A stretch of DNA of 64,000 nt from the NCBI GenBank assembly GCA_041652815.1, contig JBAZGN010000002.1, forward strand, positions 77,570 through 141,569. Reading direction: 5' to 3'. Within the stretch, counting starts at the first letter, position 1. Each line of letters starts with the position of its first letter. A program made the position numbers and the translations under genes. Source of the stretch: Candidatus Omnitrophota bacterium (lineage in GTDB: Bacteria > Omnitrophota > Gorgyraeia > Duberdicusellales > 4484-171). A model generated the notes under the pieces. That model made no database searches. It was given only the letters and a program-made list of their open reading frames with translations, and was not told where the DNA came from. Shown here one piece after another: positions 45,001 to 57,000 of this stretch.

Positions 45001-48000
45001 GGCAAGCTCAAGGGAAAGATTTAAGAAGCCAATGCATCGCTGAAATGAATTTAGCGCTTTTTGAGAGAGGGTTTGCTGAAAACATAATACATGATGAATT
45101 ATTACAACGGTTTTTCGGCGCAATCGGCGGGCTGCTTACTTTCGAAAATTATTTTTTACAATTTGCTGCCTCAGGAAAACTTGTTGATATGATTCGAAAT
45201 ATTATTGGGATTATGGTTATGCATTACAACCTAAGCTTAGAACAAGCTCAGCTTTTCAGTAACGCTATTAATCAGTTTGTTTCAGCTAAGCTGCGGGTTA
45301 TACAGGGTGTTGAAATAGTTGGGGAAGAGCATTGGGGATTGATAGACGATGAAGCTAGTTCATCGCCGGTACCGGCTGCAAACCATACAGAAGGTTATTT
45401 TAATTTTTATGCCGGTAACCACAGTGAGCAGTTAGAGTTTCATCAAAAGCAAGGCAGAGCGCGTTTACCTACTTCGCAAGAGAACAGATATTTAGCGCCA
45501 CAATTAGAAGCGGCACTTAACTTTTTACGCAGAGAAGATGCTAAAAATTCCCCGGCTTATGCGCCGCCGATAAAAATTATCGATACTGTTGAAATTACTT
45601 TCGGTGTTTGTTTCGACGGACAATATATTTTTGTCGAAAGTCCCCTAATTGATAACCCTCTTTACAATTTAGACGAAATATTCGTTTATATATTTAAATC
45701 CGGTTCAGATTTTTCCAGATGGCGGGTTCAGGCAAAATTTGCCTTATTTGAAATATTTGGCTTAAACAAAAAAACACCGCACAGGATTTCTTCCCCGGTA
45801 AATCTTAGCGACCTAGACCTGATTAAGCAAGTTAAGATAGGAAGCGGCGGTTGGTCTGATATCTTTGTTGCCCCGCACAAGGTGACGGGTATTAGGTATG
45901 CCATTAAGGTATACGAGGAAACCATTGTTAGCGGGTTCAATATGATGCGCGTAGCAGGAGAGGAGCGTTTTCGTATTATTAACCATGTTATGAAACTTTG
46001 CCGTCAACACCCGGAACTGGTAGAAAAAGGTTATATGTTGCGCTATTATTCAAGAGGAGTTTGCTATGTCGAAGAAGATAAAATAATAGAAGAGTCCGCT
46101 GGCAGGAAGGAGCGCCCCTACGTTATCATGGATTATATTGAAGGAGATAACTTATTTGATTTGATGATTAAAGAGGAACACGCGGCTGTGTTAGACGAGA
46201 GAGATACCCGACAATTCCAATTTGATTATTGGACAAAAAGGCTACGTTTAGCCCTTAATGTGGCAATAGCCGTTTCAGCATATCATCATAGCGGATTATT
46301 AGTAAAAGAACTGAAGCCAGGAAATATCATGGTACGGCCGGATAGAACCGTCTGCCTGATAGATTCGGATGGCACGGTGCCAAAGGATTATGATTGGGTG
46401 AGCAATCCACAAGGCATTGAAGATAGGGTAAGGCGTATCCATACGGACTGGTATTCTGAAGGCCACGAGCCTTTTGGTGCTATGTACGACAGGCAAGAAC
46501 AGCTTGAGGAATCTGTAAAGCTATTCACAGAGCAATGGGATATTTATAGTTTCGGATTAACGATGTTTGAGATACTATGTTCGACTTTTGTTATGCGTTT
46601 CATGCCTACAGATGATGATAGCGATATGGAAACGGGTATTCAGGCACTGAGAAATTACCTAGATAGAATGATAGAGGATATCAAAAAAAGATGCAGGTTC
46701 GACCCATTAATGTATGAAACTGAGTCAGAAGTATGCCGTATTATAAGAATGTGCATCGAAAAAGAGCGCAGCAAGCGTTACGAAAATATGCAAAAGGTAA
46801 TAGCGGATTTTGAAAGACAATTACAGAAATTAGAACAAGTGTTTCCTAAAGCCAAAGTTCCCCGTGTCAGCTCGCCTACGGAAAAAAATCAGCTTCAACC
46901 ACAATTTGCGGTAAGCTTTGATGCCGAAAGATTAATTTTAAACAACGCCGCAGATTTAAAAATTGGCGAACTCCCAACGAAGGATATTATTGATATTGCT
47001 CATTTAACTATGCCACGCAGTACAATGCCGGACAATAGGCTTTTTACTTTCGCAATTCAAGAATTAGAAAAAAGAGAGTGGAAAAGTTATTGCGGTTATC
47101 TGCTCGATTCCGACTTGGAATATCTTACGGTGTTCGGAGACAATATTTCTAATTTAGATGGTTGTTATGAAACCGGAGATTATGATGAAGTTATACAGGC
47201 ATTAGGCCTTTGGGACTATATCCATGATTTCTTGCTTGGCAATGCCGCAGGCGTTTATCAACACGTTAAAAACGGCTGCTGGGTTTGTTTAGGTAAACAT
47301 ACAATTATTGCTGATAGCAACGACGTTATTGAGGTTGTAACTTTTGACAATGGAAAGGGGTTTAGGAATCGAGCTGGCAGGCAAGCCAGGATAGCAACTG
47401 CTCTCAAATATGGAAAAACTTTTGATGATGAAGGTATGGGCACAGGATTAAATCACTCTTTACGTTTAAGCGATTTGTTCAGAATTACCCAAGGAACCGA
47501 AATTGCTATTTACCAAAACCGCGGTTATGCGCTTGAGTGGGGCAAAGATAGGCGTGTTTTTTACGCTGATAAATTACCGCTTCAGCCCGGCGTGCTTACC
47601 GAAGCCTGGTTTTATAAAGAAACCCCAGAAGGAGATTATTGGCAGCAATTAGTTACCGAAGAGCAAGAAAGGCTTCCCCATTTGTTATCAACCGCTGGCC
47701 GCACTAGCTCGCCCAGTTTCGATAAAAGCACGTCAAGTAATTTTTATGCTTATATTCGTCAAGGGCTTATTGATACGAATACCCTTAGCCCCGATATTGC
47801 AAATAGAATTAGCGATGAAGAATTAGGGGCATTGGTGCGAATTACAATCACAAGGGAGCGCATAGCCATAGATGATAATACCCAATGCATGTTAAGTATG
47901 ATTACGCGTTTAAACTTGGCTCAATCAGAGTTGTACGATATTATGATTTTTATTGCGCGCTACCTGCCCCGTATTATATCCAATATATTTAGTGATGAAA

Positions 48001-51000
48001 TTGTAGATAATGAAGACGAGATACGAAAGTTTTTTAGTGGAAATCTTTGGAATGCCGAGCGGCAAACTTATGGTGTTGGGGGAGGTAGAGAGCTTGTTCG
48101 TTTAGCTATTGGACGCACTATCAATTATGTAATTAGCAATGGCTTTGATGCTGCGACCAGAACAATCATAGATGTTGGCGCCGGAGAAGGGTTTTTGGAA
48201 ACACTTATTACGCCCTGCGCAATCAATAACGCGGAGGTCATACCATTTGATATTAGTCCTCATTTCCTTTCGCGCATACCCAAGCAGGGGCCCGTTAAAA
48301 GATGTGTAGTTGGGGATGTTTACAACTTTACGCAATGCCTACAAGACAGGGGCATAAAAGAAGCCGATGCAATCATTGCTTTGGATAGTTTTGATACCTT
48401 TGAAAATCTTCCTGCGGCAACGCAGCAATGCTTTAGCCTTCTTCGAGAAGGAGGCAAGATATTTATTTTTCAATCACTTCGGGCAGACCCTCGGCCGAAT
48501 ATAAAAGCAGCACGCAAGCAGGGCGCTGTATATTGCCCAAGGATAGACGCATTTTTCGAAAATCTTGAAGCAGCAAAAGCTGTTATGTATCCTTATTTTG
48601 TTGCAGAGACTAAAGGAAGAAGCGTTGATCCTACTGAATTTTTCTACGCGCAGTATACAAAATTGCGCATGAAGTTAGAACTTAATATTACCACAACTGT
48701 TTATTTCCCACGGCTTATTCAGGCTACAGAAAAAGCTGGTTTCAACATTTTGTACGCAGCAGGCCAAAAATCAAATATCCTCACAGAACGCTGCGCCCGT
48801 CACGAACAGGCAAAGACAGACGATGGGGCTATGATTGTTCCGGACAGGGTTAATATGGTCGATTCTTATTATGGTCAGATAGGCTTGTTAGATATTCCTG
48901 GCGTGCCGCCTGGGAAAATACTGGAGCAGGCTGAAGTAATGATCGTCATTGCGGAAAAACCATCTGCCAGCTCACCCTTAGTACCAGATTTTATGACAAA
49001 AGATATGCGTAATTTAACTGATATCGCACATAATGTTATGCCAGGTACGGCTTCTTTTGATATGGAAAAGTTCAGAACAGCAATGCGTTCCTTACGCCGA
49101 AAAGGTTTTAAGGCAGGATTTATCTCATCCAGAGGTGCCGTGAAACTCACAAAAACAGTATTAGGCAGAGAAGTTGTTGATTTTGTATTCAGTTATGATG
49201 GCTTTGATTGGAGCGGCAATGACGTACCTTTTAAAATTATAAGCAGACATTTAGAAATAGGGCATTTTTGCCAGGGCTTTATTGAGCATCATTTTGATAA
49301 TTTTTTCACTCATGTAAATAAAGGATACGACGTAATTTTAGTGAAACAATTCATGAGCGGCAAACAACCGCCTCTTTTTGTAATAGTATCTTTCGATAGC
49401 GGAAGAGGGTTTCAAGACAAAATATTAAACAGGATAAAGATAGAAGAGGTATTAATTAAAACACGCTCTGCAGGTTGGGGAGGTGACTGCGGCGTTGGTA
49501 TTAATTATGCTCTTGAGCGCTGCGCACTTTTTAGAATAATGCAAGGAACAGAGTGTGCAATATATAAAAATCCCGTTTATAGGCGTCACTTTCCTTTGCG
49601 TCAGCAGATATTCTATGTAGATAGTTTGCCTGAACAAATAGGAGTTTTTACCGAAGCCTGGTTTTATGAAAATAAGCCACCAAGAAATTACTGGCAAGGT
49701 ATGGTAAGCAATGAAATAGAACGGTTTAAGGAAAATTACCCTCAAGCTGCGATAAGAACGCCTGCGCAGGTTTCTTTGCCGGAAGGCGTTTCTTCCCCCG
49801 CGCAAGAGCTTACTCGGGAGGATATTGACAGGAACATTACTGCAACTTTAAGGCGCTTAAGAAACTGGAGGCATCGGGTTATTCATTTATCAAGAAGCAG
49901 CGACATTATAAAAAGATTCTTTAGCAGCCGTAATCTTTATGAAAGAATAGCCGATTCTTTAAATAATATGGCAATAGAAATACATATTCTAAGAGCTTTG
50001 CCTCATAGCGGATATTGGCAGATAGAAGAAGGGCGTCTATTAAAGATTTTTATAGAGAGAAAACTCTGGTCTAACGGCCCGTGGCGGGGAAAAGTAGTCT
50101 GGTTAACAGCTGCTGCCATAACCGCAACCTTTCCTGAGCCGAAATCACGTGAGATTCGGCCTACTTCTCCTGAAACTAATCAGGAAATTGAAGAAGATTT
50201 CCAAGATTGGTACGCTTGCGAAGCGCGTAATCTTGCAGGGGAGGAGAATGATAGTTTGCCCGATGGGTTTTCCGAGAAAGCTTTATCCGAAATCGCCGGA
50301 GAGATGGCAGGCATAGAGGATTTGTTTGTTTCCATAGAGGTTTCTTCCCCGATTATTTATACTATCGGCCAGACTGAGTTAAGTTTTAGGCGAGGCAAGG
50401 CAAAATTTAATAAAAATTATTCTTTATCTTCCGCCGTATCGTCAGCAGCTATCGGAGCAGAACCGGAATTTCCTGCACAATCATTGCCGGATGCTAAGCG
50501 ATTCTGCCGCGCCTATGAAAGTTTTGAGAGCGTAATTAGAGAAGAAGCCATTAAGGAGAGGGCGCTATTTGTCGAATCGTTAGGTTTAAGAAATATTTCT
50601 TTGTCTTTTGCGAAAGTCCGCTTGCCGGATGGTTCGGAAACAAAAGACGATGATTTTCATAATTTCCGAGACCTCGAAGCATTGGTCCAATACCTGGTCA
50701 AACAATTTGTTATGAACGGCGTTCACGTAAAAGATTATATTAGCAAGTCATACCCGCTTAAGCTTGATATTATTATGGTGCAAGAAAAAGATTTGACGGT
50801 TGAAGTGGTAACCCCAGGGACAACGATGGATCTTGAGAAAACCAGCGCTTTTGGGTTTTCTACTATGGTGAATCGGATACCCGGCATAGGCGGCAGAGGC
50901 ATTGCCCTTTATTACATTTTGGCTTATTTTAAGCAATGGGGCATCGGAAAACTTGAGGTATATTCCGGAGAAAGTAAATGGGAGGCATCGAAAGGCTTGA

Positions 51001-54000
51001 TTAAAAAATCAGCAGTTCCTTTTAGGGAAGGAGTTAGTGTAAAATTTTCCATAAAGGCAAGCAGCCACGATATAGCTTCAAGCCCTGCTTCCATAAAAGT
51101 TTATTTGGTTTATCCTTATGGCGATACAGTTTCAATTAGTAAAACCCCATCCCCTGTTCTTTCTAAAAGCGAATACCCAAATGGTTACAGCCTTACCGTT
51201 TGGACATTCAATCATTTAATAGAGCCGGGCCTTTGGTGGGATAATGAGCGGTTTGAAAAAATAGTAAGGGCGGTTAAGCAAAATCAACCGGACATTTTAT
51301 TACTACAGGAGACTACCGTAAGATGGGGCGGGAATACAATCTTTAATAGCGGTTTTGAAATTGCCCGTGCATTACGGGCGGATAATTGTCAACCTGGTTG
51401 GCAGGAGCATCTCAAAGATACAGATTGGGGAAGAACGGGTAATGCTATTATCTGGAGTGATAAACTTGTCAGGATGGATGACAATGAAAAATATTATTGT
51501 GACCTTACTTCCCGCAAGACCGGCGAGAATTTTCTGTTGGGAGTCCGCCTGGCAGTAAAAGCTACCGGTCACGAATTTTATGTTTTAGCAACCCATCTTT
51601 GCCCTTTTTCAAGCCAGGAAAGGGGATATCAACTTGAACAGTTGATTTCATATATCGAAAATAATCTTAAAGCAGGAGTCACTATTATCCTCGGCGGCGA
51701 TTTCAATACTGCGAGCGAAGTAGAAACAAAGGCTATGGTAGAAAGATTAAGCGCCAAAGGTTTTAGAGATGCCGAGCAGGGTTTATATGCCGGTAGATAT
51801 CAATATACCTGGGAGCCTACTAACCGTTACGTATCGGGGTACGATAAAGCCCATTTTGGCCCTAGGGGCTGTGACCGGATTTTTGTCCGTGGACCGCCGG
51901 AAGTTAAAAGTTTTGAAATAGGTTTTAGCAGCGAAGAAACAGCTCTTTCTGACCATAGTGTTCCCGTAGCAACATTGAATATTCCTTTATTTGACCCGCC
52001 TCAAATACCTTGGCTGCTCTGCGCAGGAGATTCGATATTACATGGCCAAAAGTATCCACACGGCTATGTTAATTGCCGGACGCCCTTGGAGCATAATTTG
52101 CGCAAAGCAGAAAGCCCCTATGTCTTTAGAGGCCCTTTTCATGATCCTTACGTTGTCAAAGACCAACAAGCTAACGCTCATCTGGCTTGGAGCGGTATCT
52201 ATACTCATAATGTATATGAAAACCACCCCTTGCTTCCTTATGGGTTGTACGAGCTTATAGAAAGATATCTTGCCGTATCTATGCCGCTTCGTAACCACCC
52301 TCGTTCGGCAGTTTTTATCCATATCGGCACCAATGACGTATCTGATTTAAATGTTTCTTTAGACGAATCAGTTGCTTACGTTAAGAAGATGATTGATTTC
52401 ATCGATAGCTATGACCCTACCATCAGCGTATATGTTGCCTTGATTATCCCTAGAAACGGCGATAACTCAAGAACCGAAGAATATAACCGAAAACTTAAGA
52501 AGATGCTTTTAGCCTACAAAAGGGGAAAAACCAATCTTTATATTATTGATATCTATGGCGCATTTTTGAGTAACCCGGACTGGAGAGGGAATTATTTTTA
52601 TCCTTGGGACCACATACATCCTAATGGCGCAGGATATAAAGCCATTGCCAGAGCCGCTTCCGAGGTAATAGTTAAGTCATCAAGCCCTATCGAAGACAAT
52701 GTCCAGCTACGGCAGGGTGGGGTGCGATTTAAAGATTTTTCCGCTTTTTCGCAAAATGAAGCGATTAGCTTATTCCCTTTAACGCAAATTAAAGCAGTGT
52801 TTGATTTTCTATCGAACGATTTGTATGTGGCAAAACATCTCGGCGCTAGAATATCTTTCTTAACTGACGGCGATTGTCGTTGTTTCGCAATTCCCTTAAC
52901 GCAAGATGGTTTTGTTACCCTAGAACTCCTTAATGGGGTGAATTGCTTAGCCAAATTAGAGGCGGCTATCGATTCCAATAAAGGCAATATTTATTTTAAG
53001 CCTTGGTTAAGTGAAACACCAAACCTGCGTCATAAAGGGGTAGGTTCGGCATGGGCCAGAGAAATTATTTTGCCTTATTTCAGCAGGCAAGGCGCGAAAA
53101 AAGCAATCATTTATTGGCAATGCTCACATTCTGAATATGAACATCTATTGGGAAAGCTCGTCGGCGCTGTAAGCTATGTAACTTCAACTCAAGGCCGAAC
53201 TGCCTATATGGTCGGTGAAATTGACTTGAAAGATTATAGTTCATCTCCCTCTATGCTTTTGTTGGAATGGTCATTCAGCGGAGAAAAAGATAGAAAAAAA
53301 GCAGCAGAGATGGCCACATATTTTGGTAATGAGCTAAGGAGGAAGTTAAAAGAGAAAAATTTTGATTACCTTACTGCCGGGGTAGGAAACGCCTGTTGCG
53401 AAATGGCTTTGAATATGATGGTGCATGCCGGAGGCGGAAGCATCGAAATATTCTACGATGAGGATTTAGAGGGCGTACAACATCTCAAGGCAATAGGCGT
53501 AGACAATGGCCCGGGGATGGACAATCCGAATGAGTTATTGCAGGAAAGCATAAAAATACACAGAGCATGCCGCGCCGGCACAGGCGATGGATATGCCGGT
53601 ATAGGCATAAGAGACATTGTGATATATCCAAATGGGGTTATTGTTAATACAAAAATCGAAACGAAACCGGTAGCTGAAAAGTGGATTAAGATAGGCGCAA
53701 GCTTAAGGTGGCCGGTTGGAATTAACCGGATAAATATGGTTGAATTACATCAAGAGGAAGAAAGGATAGAATCAGGTCTCGCATTAAGATGCGTTGGTAA
53801 TCCCGAAATCGAGAGAGGGACCGAAATTATTCTAACCTGGAAACAAATGCCGGATGAGGAAATGTTTGAGCTCGAGGAAGAATTACCTGTCGAGGAAAGG
53901 ATTAGCTCGCCGTTAAACCGTAATACTACTTACATTCAACAACCGATAGATAGTAATGTAAACTTCAGCGCCTTTGATATCAAGGAATTAGCCGCGATAA

Positions 54001-57000
54001 ACCCTGATGGCCTATATCTTAATGTGTCGTCAAGTTGTATCTCGGACGCGACTATACCGGAAAAAATAGAGCTAGAAATTCCTGTTGAATGGTATTCGGA
54101 TGATTCCGTGGTATCAATAAAATTGGCTACCCCCCTGGAAGGGGACCCTATAATCAGATATGCACAGGCATCAATTACTCCTCTTGAATATCAAGTTGAT
54201 TGCCTTTTAGAAATCGTTGAGCATATTGAGCCTAATGCTGTGATGCTTAATTTAGGCTGCGGTGTAAACCTTATACGAAACAGATGGAAGCTACGTGTTT
54301 TAGTATATAATTTCGATTATCAATATTCAGCAGTATGCCCCGAATATGAAGCGGCACGTATCGGTGCGAATTACAGAAAATATGATTGCAGTGAATTATC
54401 TTCTTGGGTGGAAAGCTTTAAAGTCGGTAATCCCCATTGCTTAATACAATTCATTCTTCTTGCCAAAGATATGTGTTTTTGGTTTGGCCAGTATTTTTCG
54501 GACAAACGGTCATTGTACCAGGCCAGGCATATTCACGGGATTTTGAGAAACGCCTGGAAAGCGCTTGAAGGGCCTGCTGCCTATATAATCGTAACTTCTC
54601 CGGGTTGCGATAAGTATTTGCAATATCTTTCAGCTTTTTCTCCCGGATTGACGAAAATTATTGTTGTCGGTGCAGCGCTTGGAGATTTCAAAAAAGCAAA
54701 AGCTGTATTATTTCAAAAAGAGAGCACCAGCTCACCTCTTTTTGCCAAAACTTCTCAGGCGAGCCAGATGGTTTTACGCTGCGTGGACACTACCAAAGAG
54801 CCTTGTTGTATCAACCATCAGGCAGTCAGGGATATCGTTGAGTTATGCGAGAAAGATAATAGTTTTCTGGGAATATTTGCTGATGTTATCGTTAAATATT
54901 TAAGTGACGATAATTTATTATTGAGAAATGTACTCTATGAAATCGTTGAAATGTTAAATGGCCATAGTTGTGCCAGGAAGTTGCCTACGCTTTTCGCTGA
55001 GTTATTAGCCAGAAGGCTTCCGGGGGATGAATTGGTAAAATTATTAGCTAAGTGTTCTCATGTAAACGCAGAAATGGTGCCGGACGACAATAAGACCACA
55101 TTCCCGCCATATGTTAAAAGCGGATATGTGCAAGGCGATATTGATTTAAGCCATGAAGAGCCGGGTTTAATTTTAAAATTATATAGGCATGCACGATATT
55201 ACTACATAGAATATCAGGGTAAAAAGGCAGAATATAAAGGAAAAATAATTGGCTTTGTACAAACCTACCGTCCCAGCGTAGAAGACATAATATTTTTAGG
55301 CATTCGTGTTTTTGAGAGAGTTGAACCGGGAATAGGCACTACAGTAATGCGTTGGGCCGCAGAATGGGCAGGCAGTAATGGTAATGTTGTTTTTCAGTAT
55401 CCTGTTGATGAAAACTATATCAGATTTATGCTGCACTGTGAGCGCGAAGGAATATTAGATGCTATAGAAATTGCACTGCTTCCTATTGCGGAAATACCGT
55501 TTATACCCCATTCTGCTTTATGCCGCTTGCCGCAAAAATATACACCGGACGAACAATCTTTCTGGCAGAGAGTAAATAATATTGAACATGTTGCGGCGTT
55601 AAGGCCTAAATTATCTCCCGGCACAAATATTTTTGTCCGGGGAAAAGTAACCTCAAAAAATACCAGTTCAACCGAGGCCAGCTCGCCGCTTACTGACGTA
55701 AATGCATATCTGACAAGTTACCTTGCAAAATATGTAACCAGAAGCAGTAAATTTGGAGAAAAGGAATTGAAGCTGCAAGAGAAATACGATAGGCAACTAA
55801 CTTTGAATTTGCCAAAATTTGATGAGTCTGATTTAGCTGTCGCCATAGAACATATTATGGATAATGCCGTGCATTTCTCACCGCAAGGAGGAGTGATAAC
55901 CGTAATGACAAGCTATGAAGTTAAAAATCGAAAAAGAAAAGCGGTAATCGCGATATCCGATAACGGTAAAGGTATTGATGTAGCGCAAATTGTAGAACGT
56001 GCGCTCGCAAGAGGGGTTATCTCCAAAGAAAAATTAAGAAAAATGACATATAGACAAATATTCCAATTGGTTTTTTTACCCTTTATTACCACCAAACCAC
56101 AAGGCTTTGGAGGCTGTGGCCTAGTTTGGGCGAAGATAGCTATAGAAAGGAATAAAGGAGCTATTAAAATACATTCAAAATGGGGTAGCGGCACCACAGT
56201 ATTTATTACCTTATCTATTATGCACATCGCTTCTAGCCCCACCCTCGAAGAAAGTGACGAACAAATAAAAGCACGTATTATGGCTGTTATAGAGGAGTAT
56301 AACTTTTGTCGCCGCCGAGCGCGTGAAATTTGGTTGGAGTTCGAACCGAATTTTGATTTACCGCTTGAAATTTCCGGAATGCTTGGAGTAGCTACTGGCC
56401 ATATTGATAGAATTCCTCCGGAATTTCCTACAGCATTAACAATGTTGAGAAAAGGCATATCTCGATATGAGCGATTTATGGATGAGCTTAGAGGGCGTAA
56501 TACAGAAGTAACTCTTGCCAAAGCCGAAGCATTAAATAGCGCATTAATTCTTCTTGATTACGCAAAATCTAAGTTAGAATCAGCTGTCTCTATGCTTGAA
56601 GCGCATCTCAGCACGAATGGTACCGAAAATACTTCAAGTGCTGTTTCGTATATAGAAGGGAGAGAATCATTCGAATATAAATCGTCCATCAGACAAAATA
56701 ATAATTCTCGGTTGCGGCAGAGTTCAAAAGGGCGGTTTGCCTCTCCGTGGCTGGTGGGGGCCGCCCTCTCTGCCGTAACCGTTTCTTCGCCAATACAGAA
56801 TGGTAATGGAGATAATTCAGAGAAACAGAACAGTGAGTTTACTACCGCAACAATGCGGTTACGACGCCTCAAGAGCGAAGCGGAAATTATCCAAAGCTTA
56901 AAGTCGCTTCTGGCGCAACTGCATTTGTTAATGCCCAACGATAATGAAAATGGCAACGGGAATATATATCTGCCAATGTTAGCCAACCAAATTGATTCAT

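Noticed and set aside
55700-55850. A HisKA/DHp phospho-acceptor domain upstream of the HATPase_c domain
   Set aside because: No H-box (HELRTP-like) could be found in [29 protein letters not shown] report only the ATPase domain.
55913-56521. 202-aa minus-strand ORF, the largest in the supplied track
   Set aside because: It lies antisense to the well-supported HATPase_c domain (N, G1, G2, G3 boxes all read on the + strand). No recognisable motifs. A composition-driven antisense ORF.
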